From: Nanobdellota archaeon
GTDB lineage: Archaea; Nanobdellota; Nanobdellia; Woesearchaeales; JAHJEM01
NCBI GenBank assembly: GCA_018825425.1
Contig: JAHJEM010000070.1
Span: forward strand, 1-47,288
Direction of reading: 5' to 3'
Length of the DNA stretch: 47,288 bases
Positions 1 to 9,336 of this stretch are shown in pieces (the stretch's first letter is position 1; every line of letters begins with the position of its first letter). The notes under the pieces are model-generated. The model worked only from the letters and a program-made list of their open reading frames with translations, was not told the origin of the DNA and did not search any database. Position numbers and translations under genes: made by a program.

Positions 1-620
1 AACTGGACTTTACAATCAGGATTCCTGAGTGCACCACACCAAAATACTATGTGGTAAAACTCAATGTTGAGTATTTGGGAAGAAGCATAATTTACAAATC
101 AGGAAGAATAACTGTAACTCAAGGTGCTTGTGGTCTAGTTCCAGGTAACTTCAACATTGTTGACATCTATAATATTCAAGATGTTCCTGTTGGAAGTGCT
201 GCTGTGTATCCAATTAAGATAACTAATACAGATGATTATGCAAAATCATATGTTGTCCGTCTTGTTGGTGTGGATGGTTGGGGTAGCTATTACCTTGATA
301 GTGGCAGCGTAGTTGTCTTGGATCCTGGTCAGGAGAAAACAGTCAATGCACAAGTGTATGCAGGTAAGGATGCAGATATCGGCGAAAGGACGTTCATGGC
401 TGAAGTTACGCATAAGAATGAGGTAGAACAGATTGTGTTAGTGGCAAGTGTTAAAGGCGAAGATGAGAACAGGAATACTCTTCTTTTCCCTTCAGGGATT
501 ACAATCCTGAAAATTGTCCTAATCATACTTGTCATAGCTTTTATAGTGGTCGCTGTTCACTATACGTATGCAAGGCGAAAAGTTGTGAATAGGAACGAGT
601 TCCTGTTTCCTCAAGCATAA
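1..620 (+). CDS. Membrane-anchored surface protein with Ig-like (NEW3/COG1470-like) domain; 5'-truncated by window edge
   Basis: Frame is open from base 3 (LDFTIRIPEC...). Beta-rich YPIKITN...WG.Y...LDPGQ domain and a C-terminal hydrophobic helix with basic tail. Confidence 0.65.
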   Translation, partial: LDFTIRIPECTTPKYYVVKLNVEYLGRSIIYKSGRITVTQGACGLVPGNFNIVDIYNIQDVPVGSAAVYPIKITNTDDYAKSYVVRLVGVDGWGSYYLDSGSVVVLDPGQEKTVNAQVYAGKDADIGERTFMAEVTHKNEVEQIVLVASVKGEDENRNTLLFPSGITILKIVLIILVIAFIVVAVHYTYARRKVVNRNEFLFPQA

Positions 621-816
621 TTATTTTTTTACTATTTTCATTATCATTCAGTATATATATTTCATCAATAAAATTAACCAACGAAAACACACAACGTGTC
701 CAGATGATTATTAATCACTTCAAAATGGTTATAATCGAAACTTTTAAATAGTAATGGGCATTATTTCCCACTTGGCACGGCGAGTGTTTTATATATGATT
801 CGTTGAGGGGAAATAC

Positions 817-1563
817 ATGAAAAAATTTTTGTTGCTTTCGGCAATCCTATTGGTAGTACTATCCTATTTTGTAAGCGCTCAATGTGAAACACTTGATACT
901 CAAACAGAAGACGTGCTTATTGATTCTGATTGTGATATTTATCCTGATATTGATGATAATTGTCCAAACACTGCGAATCCTGATCAAGAGGATTCAGATG
1001 GCAATGGGATTGGGGATGCATGTGAATCGCGTGTCCAGACTTCTCATCCGCCAGTTCCAGTTCTTATAAATGAACCTGTTGATGAGCCTGTGCCTGTACT
1101 AATAAGCATGCCCATAACTTCAAATACACTTGATATTCAATATATCACTATCAATGATCTTCAAAAGGGAGGTCTTGGTGAACTATACACTATAAAAGTC
1201 ACAAATACCCTTGGATATTCTGTACCTGTATCCATTAAGGTATCAGATATATATGAATGGGGTACATATTCAATCAAGCCAAGCAGTCTTTTAACTTTGG
1301 GATCAGGAAAGAGTGCAAAATTCCACATTTATGTGAAAGCAGATTTCACAGCGCCTTCTGGTGAACAAAAATTTCATGCAACCGTTGTTGCAGATGGCAA
1401 AGAAAGGGAGCTGGAGCTTTATGCTAATATTATTGGTGAGGGGAAAGGTACATCAAAGTCAAGAGACTATGGTACAACACTTGAAACAGTACTTATCTTT
1501 ATTGTGGTGTTGTTGCTTGTAATAGGCTTGGCGGGTGGATATGATAGATTAAAGAAAAGATAG
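817..1563 (+). CDS. Secreted, membrane-anchored protein with thrombospondin type-3 Ca-binding repeat and Ig-like domain
   Basis: Signal peptide MKKFLLL; DNCPNTANPDQEDSDGNGIGDAC is a TSP3 repeat; Ig-like domain paralogous to the upstream gene; C-terminal TM; SD-like GAGGGG before ATG. Confidence 0.75.
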   Translation: MKKFLLLSAILLVVLSYFVSAQCETLDTQTEDVLIDSDCDIYPDIDDNCPNTANPDQEDSDGNGIGDACESRVQTSHPPVPVLINEPVDEPVPVLISMPITSNTLDIQYITINDLQKGGLGELYTIKVTNTLGYSVPVSIKVSDIYEWGTYSIKPSSLLTLGSGKSAKFHIYVKADFTAPSGEQKFHATVVADGKERELELYANIIGEGKGTSKSRDYGTTLETVLIFIVVLLLVIGLAGGYDRLKKR

Positions 1564-1566
1564 AGG

Positions 1567-3987
1567 GTGTCTAATATGAGAATTAAAATGTATAATCAAA
1601 AAGATGAATCAAGGGAGATGCAGAATATGCAAAAGATGCATATAAAGCGAGTATTTACAGTATCCACCATTCTATTTGCACTGACATTGCTGATGTCTTC
1701 AATTGTCATGGCAGAATTCCAGGTCAATCTTTATTCAAATGAGTTTTCCATTGCAACTGAAAGGGATGACCTGAAAGTGTGTAGTTGTGGAACCAGAACA
1801 GATACATACGAAATAACAAATGTCGGAAACGTAGCATCACTCTTTTCCATTTCAACAGAATCGAATATTAATTCTTGGATAAGCCTATCTCAAAATACTT
1901 TTGAATTGCAACCAGGTAATGCTAGAAAAGTCGAGGCTTATGTCTATGTCCCTTGCGACACTCAAGGTTACTGGAATTATAATTTCAAGGTCCAGACCAA
2001 TTATGGAAGACAGAAGGGTATTTCAAGAGATGTGGCTGCTCATCAATGCCAGAACATCAAGGGCATGCTCAGATATTTCAATAAGACCATCGATCCATGT
2101 GAGACTGCTGAGTTTGAGATCATTATTGAGAATGTAGCCAGTTTCACGGAAAAGTACGAAGTCAGTTTGGGTGAGTATGACAAATATGCACAATTCTCTG
2201 AAAAAGAAGTCGAGATTGAACCAGGCAAGAAAAAGAGCGTCTTTGTCTATGTACAGATGCCTTGTGATGTTTATGGTACAATTCCATTGAATTTCCATAT
2301 CCACTCAAAACTAAATGGTCTTGACCAATATATTGGACATGGTTTGATTATTACAAGATCTTATGATTACAGTATTGATGGCAGGGAACGAAATGAGATC
2401 TGTAGCAGGGTTGTCAGTAAGATACCTGTAAAATTCACAAATAATGCTAAGTTGCCAAATGACTATAAAGTATCCTTTACAGGGCCTTCTTTTGCATCAT
2501 TTGAGCCTACGCAATTGACTCTGCTTCCTGGAGAATCACAAGAATTTGACATGCTATTTAACCCAGGAGTGACTGATGAAGGTATGCATACGCTTGGCAT
2601 TACCTCAAATTCAGAGCTCGGAGACATCACAAAAACCAGAAATCTTAATGTGGATGTCCAGCATTGTTATGATCATCAAGTTAATATTGATGCTCAGGCA
2701 CTTGATAAAGTGTGCTGCGGCAAAAAGATCTATACTGTAAACATCAGAAATTCAGGCATGTATACCGAGACCTTCTATCTGAAGCTAAAGTCTCCATTGT
2801 GGGCAAGACTCTCTCAAGAAGCAATAACCTTGAGACCTGGTGAGAATCAGAATATATTTGTTGAAGCAGACATTCCTTGCATAGATGATCAGTTTGAAGT
2901 TAGAATCATTGCTGAATCCGCATCTTCAGGCATCAGATCAGATGATGTCGTGACAATCCATTCATATGGTCCTGATAGCTGTACGAGGATAAAAGTAGTA
3001 AATGATGATAATCATATTGACTATTATACCAAAGAGTTTAATTTGGTATTGGAGAATGCAGGTGTCCAAGATGCAAGGTATTCTCTTGAGTTTATCTCTC
3101 AATTCTTTACAACTGATGTCACAGAGATTGACCTTGCCGTTGGAGAGCAGAAAACCATCAAGCTTGATTCAGTAGACTTAAACGGTTTTAGAAAAGGAGT
3201 ATACCTTGATGAGTTAAGAGCAGAAAACCAAGATTCTGGAAGCCTATATAAAGAAACTATCAAATGGAATCTAAATAAGAGGGGTATTTTCACTAGATTC
3301 GTGGATTATTTGTCAAGGAGCTATGTTTGCCTTGCTTTCCTACTATTATTCATAATTGGTGTTATTTTTGCACTTATATTGCTTTTCTACAAGCAAGTGC
3401 TAAAGGCATTTACACCTGAAAACAGCACCCTTATCTTGAGAAGAGTCCCGTACAACAGTAAGAAAAGGACAAGCGCAATTATATTATTTATCATTGTGTT
3501 TTTATTGCTGTTTTTGGCGGCGTTTGGATTCAGTGAAAGGCCTAGCTACGATCTGGTCCAGAAACCATTATATTTTGAGATGTATCAGAACTCAGAACTA
3601 GACATTAATGTTGCAGATTATTTCGCAGATCCTGATAATGATCCTTTGATGTTCTATGCTTCAAAAACAGAGAATATGGCAATTGATATTGCAGGAGAAA
3701 CCGCAAATGTCAAGCCAGCAGAAGGTTTCTTTGGCGAACGGAACATTGTCTTTATTGCTGATGATGGAAAAGGCGGCAGAGCTGAAAGTGCAGTCATAAC
3801 ACTGAAGATACTAGAGAAGCCAAAGAGAACCCTGACACAAGGCTTCGCATACAACTGTCCGATTGTGTTTGTGGCATTCTTGTTTGTGCTCTGGTTGGTT
3901 ACTTTCATCTTCCACGTGAGAAAAGGTAGGTTTGTATATTTTTACAGACAAAACAAGCCTACTAAGAAACCAAGGAGAAAGAAATAA
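1567..3987 (+). CDS. Large surface protein with tandem Ig-like repeats, three TM segments and a cadherin-like domain (start may be a later ATG)
   Basis: Repeated N.G...F.....L.PG.... units with paired Cys; YFADPDNDPLMF...ADDGKGG cadherin/Big-like motif; hydrophobic helices. Confidence 0.65.
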   Translation: MSNMRIKMYNQKDESREMQNMQKMHIKRVFTVSTILFALTLLMSSIVMAEFQVNLYSNEFSIATERDDLKVCSCGTRTDTYEITNVGNVASLFSISTESNINSWISLSQNTFELQPGNARKVEAYVYVPCDTQGYWNYNFKVQTNYGRQKGISRDVAAHQCQNIKGMLRYFNKTIDPCETAEFEIIIENVASFTEKYEVSLGEYDKYAQFSEKEVEIEPGKKKSVFVYVQMPCDVYGTIPLNFHIHSKLNGLDQYIGHGLIITRSYDYSIDGRERNEICSRVVSKIPVKFTNNAKLPNDYKVSFTGPSFASFEPTQLTLLPGESQEFDMLFNPGVTDEGMHTLGITSNSELGDITKTRNLNVDVQHCYDHQVNIDAQALDKVCCGKKIYTVNIRNSGMYTETFYLKLKSPLWARLSQEAITLRPGENQNIFVEADIPCIDDQFEVRIIAESASSGIRSDDVVTIHSYGPDSCTRIKVVNDDNHIDYYTKEFNLVLENAGVQDARYSLEFISQFFTTDVTEIDLAVGEQKTIKLDSVDLNGFRKGVYLDELRAENQDSGSLYKETIKWNLNKRGIFTRFVDYLSRSYVCLAFLLLFIIGVIFALILLFYKQVLKAFTPENSTLILRRVPYNSKKRTSAIILFIIVFLLLFLAAFGFSERPSYDLVQKPLYFEMYQNSELDINVADYFADPDNDPLMFYASKTENMAIDIAGETANVKPAEGFFGERNIVFIADDGKGGRAESAVITLKILEKPKRTLTQGFAYNCPIVFVAFLFVLWLVTFIFHVRKGRFVYFYRQNKPTKKPRRKK

Positions 3988-4047
3988 ATAGTTCCTATAT
4001 TATTTTATTTTTATTATTGAGATTATTGTCAAATATGAGGTGATTTA

Positions 4048-4644
4048 ATGAAAAGTTTATATGCAATTATTCTGGGAAGTGCTCTTGCAGCTGGTGCCGC
4101 GAATGCAGATATTATTCTTGATGGAGATACATCCGACGTAACAGGTAATCTAAGAGGATCGAATTCAACTACTCAAACCATACCACAATCTGGAATAACA
4201 ACCTATATTGAAGGAGGCATAACTGTTGAATTGCCTTATGAACCTCGAGGTCCATGGAAAGTTGAGTACCAAAACGCTCTTGAAATGGCCAATAAAAGAG
4301 GGGGTGTACGTTTCACCTTTTGGGATCAAGATTTTGGTGAAGGACTTGATGTAATCACTGAATTTTGTAGGTTATCTGACGGTACACCAACATCGGGAGT
4401 AGGAAAAAGATATTGGCGCATGCAAGTAAGAGACGGACAGAATTTGATAGGACTTGCTGGAAGGTTATCTCAATTTACAACTAGGCGTGTTACTTGGGAG
4501 GATTTGTATGAAGCGAACAAAGCAGTTATTGGTGATGATCCTCATCATATTGAACCTGGGCAAACTTTCACCTATGGGGCTGATTTCCAAACGCCCAGAG
4601 AACAAAGAGATGAAGCAAACCTTCATAAAATCAGAGAATTATAA
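4048..4644 (+). CDS. Secreted LysM-domain protein
   Basis: SD GAGGTGA; signal peptide ending AANA; C-terminal VRDGQNLIGLA...WEDLYEANKAVIGDDPHHIEPGQ matches the LysM pattern. Confidence 0.7.
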   Translation: MKSLYAIILGSALAAGAANADIILDGDTSDVTGNLRGSNSTTQTIPQSGITTYIEGGITVELPYEPRGPWKVEYQNALEMANKRGGVRFTFWDQDFGEGLDVITEFCRLSDGTPTSGVGKRYWRMQVRDGQNLIGLAGRLSQFTTRRVTWEDLYEANKAVIGDDPHHIEPGQTFTYGADFQTPREQRDEANLHKIREL

Positions 4645-4681
4645 AATTTTATAAATAAACAAACATTTTTTTCTGATTCTA

Positions 4682-4828
4682 GGGGACGTAGTATAACCTG
4701 GCTAGAATAGTTGGCTCCAGTTTGCTGGAGCGCTGAGCCAAACTCTTGTTTGGCAATGAAGAGAAAAACGGCATGTGCTTTAAGCAGGAAGATACCAACG
4801 GATTGGGGTTCGAATCCCCACGTCCCCA
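4682..4828 (+). tRNA. trnW: tRNA-Trp(CCA) with 73-nt intron at 37/38 (4721-4793)
   Basis: Acceptor GGGGACG/CGTCCCC+A; anticodon stem GTTGG/CCAAC with CT-CCA-G; T arm TGGGG-TTCGAAT-CCCCA; bulge-helix-bulge formable with one central mismatch; CCA not encoded; T-run follows. Confidence 0.93.
4721..4793 (+). ncRNA. tRNA-Trp intron carrying a box C/D-type guide for Cm34
   Basis: CTGGAGC is complementary to the anticodon loop GCTCCAG and precedes CTGA (4733-4736), hairpin GCCAAAC-TCTT-GTTTGGC and C-like box ATGAAGA (4756-4762). The D+5 rule points to C34. Confidence 0.7.
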
Positions 4829-4933
4829 GTTTTTTTGCCCAGTTCGTACTGTTGAGCAAAGCGAAACAGTATAATACTGTGCTGGGTTGTACGTCAGCGT
4901 ACAAGTGGGAATCAACACGTCCCCAGTTTTTTT
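4812..4933 (+). repeat. Direct repeat of tRNA 3' end (4812-4836 vs 4909-4933)
   Basis: GAATC-NN-CACGTCCCCAGTTTTTTT occurs twice, 23 of 25 identical with an 18-bp exact core. Confidence 0.85.
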
Positions 4934-4954
4934 AAATAGACTTATGAGGAACAA

Positions 4955-5815
4955 ATGATAGGAATAATTCTGGTTGTAATCGCTGCGATATCTGCGGCAA
5001 TTGAACATGTTCTTCAGAAACTGGTTATAACTAGAGGTAAAAGTCTGGCATACACATTTATTTGGCAAGTGTTATCGGCAATTCTATTCTTTATATTATT
5101 TCTATTTAACATTGATTTTCCAAAAGGAGTGTTGCCATGGATAATTGTTGGTGTTTCTTCCTTGTTTTGGATTGCGGGTTCTTTTTCAGGATTTAAGTCA
5201 TATGAATATTTGGATTTGTCAATTAAGGGACCTTTGTCAAAATTGAAAATCATATTTGTGCTGATTCTTAGTGTTCTAATTTTCAAGGAGAGCCTGTCTG
5301 CTGAGAAATTAATTGGTACAGGACTTGTTGTAATTGGAGCAATTCTTATTACATATAATCGGCAATTGAAACTATCTAGTTTCAAGAATAAAGGAGTGAT
5401 CTATGCGGTTTTATCTTCTTTTCTTATTGCTATGGCATTTCTAATTGATAAGTATGCTCTCAATTTTTTTGAAGTCGAACTATATATTCTGCTTGTTTTT
5501 CTGCTTCCTGCGATATATATTGCGCCATTCGCATTTAGGAAGAGAAAAGACGTTGAACAACTCATTAAAACAAGTTTTTGGAAGATTGCAATCACAATGG
5601 TTTTTGGATCTTTGGCATATTATCTGACACTATATGCATTTAAAATGATTGAGGCGAGTGTAGCCATACCCATTTTTGAGTTGAATACTATGTTCGCTGT
5701 TGTTGGTGGAATTATATGTCTAAAAGAAAGAACTGATATTAAGAAAAAAGTAATCTCGACAATTCTGATTGTATTAGGAGTTGTGTTAGTGTCGGGATTA
5801 TATGTTGTTTTCTAG
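4955..5815 (+). CDS. EamA/DMT family transporter
   Basis: About 10 TM helices; two repeats ending LIFKESLS / ICLKERT. Confidence 0.85.
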   Translation: MIGIILVVIAAISAAIEHVLQKLVITRGKSLAYTFIWQVLSAILFFILFLFNIDFPKGVLPWIIVGVSSLFWIAGSFSGFKSYEYLDLSIKGPLSKLKIIFVLILSVLIFKESLSAEKLIGTGLVVIGAILITYNRQLKLSSFKNKGVIYAVLSSFLIAMAFLIDKYALNFFEVELYILLVFLLPAIYIAPFAFRKRKDVEQLIKTSFWKIAITMVFGSLAYYLTLYAFKMIEASVAIPIFELNTMFAVVGGIICLKERTDIKKKVISTILIVLGVVLVSGLYVVF

Positions 5816-5821
5816 GAGAGT

Positions 5822-7771
5822 CTATCTCTTCTTCCCCAACCTCATCTCAAGTGTCCGTATCTGTTCTCGGATCTCAATGGCCCTTTCAAATTCGAGCTTC
5901 TCTGCTGCTTCATGCATCTTGGCATCGAGTTCAATTATAACGTTTGGAATCTCTTTTTTAGGGATGTGTTTTGTGTCTTTAATCTCCACTTCTTTCTCTT
6001 TTATTGGTTTGATTATTGTTTTTGGGGTAATCTTATGCTTCTTATTGTATTCCATCTGTATCTGTCGTCGTCTTTTGGTCTCTTTAAGGGCCAATTTGAT
6101 AGAATCAGTCATCTTATCAGCATACAATACCACTTTTGAATCCACGTTTCTAGCTGCACGTCCAATAATCTGTATCAAACTCTTTGTGTCCCGCAAAAAA
6201 CCTTCCTTATCCGCATCTAGAATTCCAATGAAACTCACTTCAGGGATATCCAATCCTTCTCGAAGCAGGTTGATACCCACTAGTACATCGAATTTTCCAA
6301 GCCTGAGCTCTCTTATTATCTCTGTTCGTTCCAGTGTATGGATTTCAGAATGAAGATATCTGGTCTTGATTCCTTCCTCTGCCAAGTATTCGCTCATTTC
6401 CTCAGCCAGTTTTTTTGTGAGTGTTGTTACGAGAGCTCTATTTCCGCTCTTGATGGTAGCCTCAATCTCTTTTTTTAAGTCTTCAATCTGTCCTGTGATG
6501 GGTCTGACCTCAACTACAGGATCAATCAAGCCTGTGGGTCGTATTATCTGTTCGACAATCTGTATGGAAGCTTCGCGTTCATATGGTCCGGGTGTTGCAG
6601 AAACAAATACTACTGATCTCATGTATTTTTCAAATTCTTTGAATTTGAGTGGACGATTATCATAAGCGCAGGAGAGGCGGAATCCATAATCAACAAGATT
6701 CCTTTTTCGGCTGCGATCTCCTTTGTACATACCGTGAAATTGAGGTATGGTCTGATGACTCTCATCAATTATCATAAGGAAATCATTAGGAAAATAATCC
6801 AGAAGACAGTATGGTTTTGATCCTTTTTTTCTGTTGTCAAAATGTCTTGAATAATTCTCAATGCCCTTACAATATCCTGTTTCCTCGATCATTTCTATAT
6901 CATAATTAGTGCGTTGTTTTAGACGGTGTGCTTCAATCATCTCAAGCTTAGGCAGTTCTTCTTTTAATTCCTTTCTTAATCCTTGCAATGCCTTAAGTTT
7001 TGCTCCTTCAGGAATAACGAAGTGGCGTGCGGGATAGACATAGAAATATTTCATCTCTTCTTTGATGGCTCCTGTTATCTTATCTACTTCAACAATCCTT
7101 TCAACAACATCTCCAAACATTTCAAATCTGATTATATCATTGAAATATCCTGGGACGATGTCAATAGTGTCACCTTTGGCTCGAAAGCGTCCAGGCATGA
7201 GTTCAGTCTGGTTTCTCTCAAATTGGATGTTGATTAGCTTGTGAAGCAAGTCATTTCTTGTAATTTTTTGCCCTTTTTTTATTTCAAAACCCAAGTTTTT
7301 GAAGTGCTCAGGGTTTCCTAGTCCATAAATGCAAGAGACTGATGCAACAACAATGACATCTCTAAAGCCAATTAGAGATGCTGTGGTCGAGAGTCTCATC
7401 TGTTCAATCTTCTGGTTTATTGCAGAATCTTTCTCTATATATTGGTCTTTTGATGGGATGTAGGATTCTGGTTGATAATAATCATAGTAAGAGACGAAGT
7501 ATTCAACATGATTATCTGGAAACAATTCCTTGAACTCATTGTATAGCTGTGCTGCAAGAGTCTTGTTATGTGCAATCACTAGCGTTGGTGTCTGTGCTTG
7601 GGCAATCACGTTTGCCATGGTAAATGTCTTTCCAGATCCAGTCACGCCGAGAAGAGTTTGCGCTGCATATTTCTTTTTAAGGCCACTGACTAGCTTGCGA
7701 ATCGCTTCAGGCTGCGAACCTTTTGGTTTCATACTTTTAGACAGTTCGAATCCTATCATTTTATTTGTCAT
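5822..7771 (-). CDS. uvrB: Excinuclease ABC subunit B
   Basis: GVTGSGKT, YYDYYQPE beta-hairpin, DESH, GRAAR, C-terminal UVR domain. Confidence 0.98.
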   Translation of the reverse strand: MTNKMIGFELSKSMKPKGSQPEAIRKLVSGLKKKYAAQTLLGVTGSGKTFTMANVIAQAQTPTLVIAHNKTLAAQLYNEFKELFPDNHVEYFVSYYDYYQPESYIPSKDQYIEKDSAINQKIEQMRLSTTASLIGFRDVIVVASVSCIYGLGNPEHFKNLGFEIKKGQKITRNDLLHKLINIQFERNQTELMPGRFRAKGDTIDIVPGYFNDIIRFEMFGDVVERIVEVDKITGAIKEEMKYFYVYPARHFVIPEGAKLKALQGLRKELKEELPKLEMIEAHRLKQRTNYDIEMIEETGYCKGIENYSRHFDNRKKGSKPYCLLDYFPNDFLMIIDESHQTIPQFHGMYKGDRSRKRNLVDYGFRLSCAYDNRPLKFKEFEKYMRSVVFVSATPGPYEREASIQIVEQIIRPTGLIDPVVEVRPITGQIEDLKKEIEATIKSGNRALVTTLTKKLAEEMSEYLAEEGIKTRYLHSEIHTLERTEIIRELRLGKFDVLVGINLLREGLDIPEVSFIGILDADKEGFLRDTKSLIQIIGRAARNVDSKVVLYADKMTDSIKLALKETKRRRQIQMEYNKKHKITPKTIIKPIKEKEVEIKDTKHIPKKEIPNVIIELDAKMHEAAEKLEFERAIEIREQIRTLEMRLGKKR

Positions 7772-9336
7772 TTCTTTTCTCTTAATGCTTTCTTGCGCAA
7801 AAGCCGGTTATATTTTATTGCGAATCGATGAGCCTCATCTCGAATTTCTTGGAGATACCTTAGGCCCACACTCTTCCTTTCCAATCGAAGGGTTCCTGAA
7901 ATTCCAGGGAGATGGATCTCCTCAAATTTCTTTGCAATTGAGATCATTGGAATCTGCAGGCCAAGTCCTCTGAGCACATCTAAACCTGCACCTAGCTGGC
8001 CTTTCCCTCCGTCAATCAGTATGAGATCTGGCATCTGGTTCTTCTCTTCGAGAAGCCTGCGATATCGTCTGAGGATGACTTCTGAAATAGCTTTGACATC
8101 GTCAATGCCATGTACAGTCCGTATTTTGAACCTGCGATAATTGCTCTTATCTGGTTTTCCATTCCTAAACTGTATCATGGATCCTGTTGTAGATGTGCCT
8201 GATAGATGAGATATGTCAAAGCACTCAATCACTTTTGGAGGATTGTTTATTTTCAGAGCACGTTGAAGTGCTTCAACCTTAACCATGTCACCGAAAAAAT
8301 TCAATTCAATATTTTTAGCAGTCAGATCAAGCAATCCTTTTTTCTCTCCAATCTTAGGGACATTGATTCTGACCTGGGATTTTCTTTTTTTCGATAGAAA
8401 TTCATTAAATGCACCAGATACTTTTGTTGGGATAATGATTTCTTTTGGAATTGGATTATCAGAGTAGAATCTGCTCAGGAACTCCTCGAAGAAGTCATCA
8501 GAAAAATCAAAAATAAACTCTTGCTTGTTGTAGAGTGTGCCATTATGGACATTGAATACAATCAGATAGACCTTGTCGTCTTTGATCAGATAGTTTATGA
8601 CATCCTCATCATATTTTTTTTGGCGTTCCATTATCCATTTCTCGTTGAGGTATTTCAAAGATTCAATCTGGTTTCGCAGAAGGATCGCCTTTTCAAATTC
8701 AAGAGAATTGGAAGCCTTTTTCATCTTGGATTCAAGTTTTCTTATCAGAAATTTTGTCTTACCCTTAAGAATATCTCTTGCAATACCTATTATTGATCCA
8801 TATTCTTCCTCATCCAACAAGCCTATGCATGGTGCAAGGCAGAGGCCGATATGATATCTAAGACATGCTCGTTTTGGCAGTTTTTTGCATGTTCTTATAC
8901 CAAGAATTCTGTTTATCAGATATAAGACATCCTCTCTTGCACTGGCTGAGATAAATGGTCCATAATACTCTCCTTTTGAGGTTCTTTTCCGTGCAATTAT
9001 TACCCTTGGAAACTTCTCTTGTGTAATCTCAACATATGCATACCGTCTAGAATCTTTTAGATCAATGTTATATTTTGGTTTGTTTTCTTTTATCAGATTG
9101 TTCTCTAGGAGAAGTGCATCTGATTCAGAATCAGTGATTATGAAATCAATATCTGCAATTCTTTTTTTCAATTGCTCGGTCTTGATATCGCTTTGCTTTT
9201 TATAAAAATAGCTATCAACCCTTTTTTTCAGGTTCTTCGCCTTGCCAATATATATGATGTTTCCTTGCTTGTCTTTGTAGATATAACAGCCAGGCTCAGC
9301 TGGTAATTTTTTGGCTAGTTTTTTCTTTTCTTCCAT
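7768..9336 (-). CDS. uvrC: Excinuclease ABC subunit C (no C-terminal HhH domain)
   Basis: GIY-YIG PGCY...[13 protein letters not shown], Cys cluster, [28 protein letters not shown] at 9336. Confidence 0.96.
   Translation of the reverse strand: MEEKKKLAKKLPAEPGCYIYKDKQGNIIYIGKAKNLKKRVDSYFYKKQSDIKTEQLKKRIADIDFIITDSESDALLLENNLIKENKPKYNIDLKDSRRYAYVEITQEKFPRVIIARKRTSKGEYYGPFISASAREDVLYLINRILGIRTCKKLPKRACLRYHIGLCLAPCIGLLDEEEYGSIIGIARDILKGKTKFLIRKLESKMKKASNSLEFEKAILLRNQIESLKYLNEKWIMERQKKYDEDVINYLIKDDKVYLIVFNVHNGTLYNKQEFIFDFSDDFFEEFLSRFYSDNPIPKEIIIPTKVSGAFNEFLSKKRKSQVRINVPKIGEKKGLLDLTAKNIELNFFGDMVKVEALQRALKINNPPKVIECFDISHLSGTSTTGSMIQFRNGKPDKSNYRRFKIRTVHGIDDVKAISEVILRRYRRLLEEKNQMPDLILIDGGKGQLGAGLDVLRGLGLQIPMISIAKKFEEIHLPGISGTLRLERKSVGLRYLQEIRDEAHRFAIKYNRLLRKKALREKK

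Noticed and set aside
4623..5068. ORFs overlapping the tRNA
   Set aside because: Shadow frames of the tRNA-Trp gene.
9296..9336. uvrA/uvrC 41-nt overlap as a frameshift
   Set aside because: Both proteins have complete motifs at the junction; it is a short non-conserved UvrA tail.
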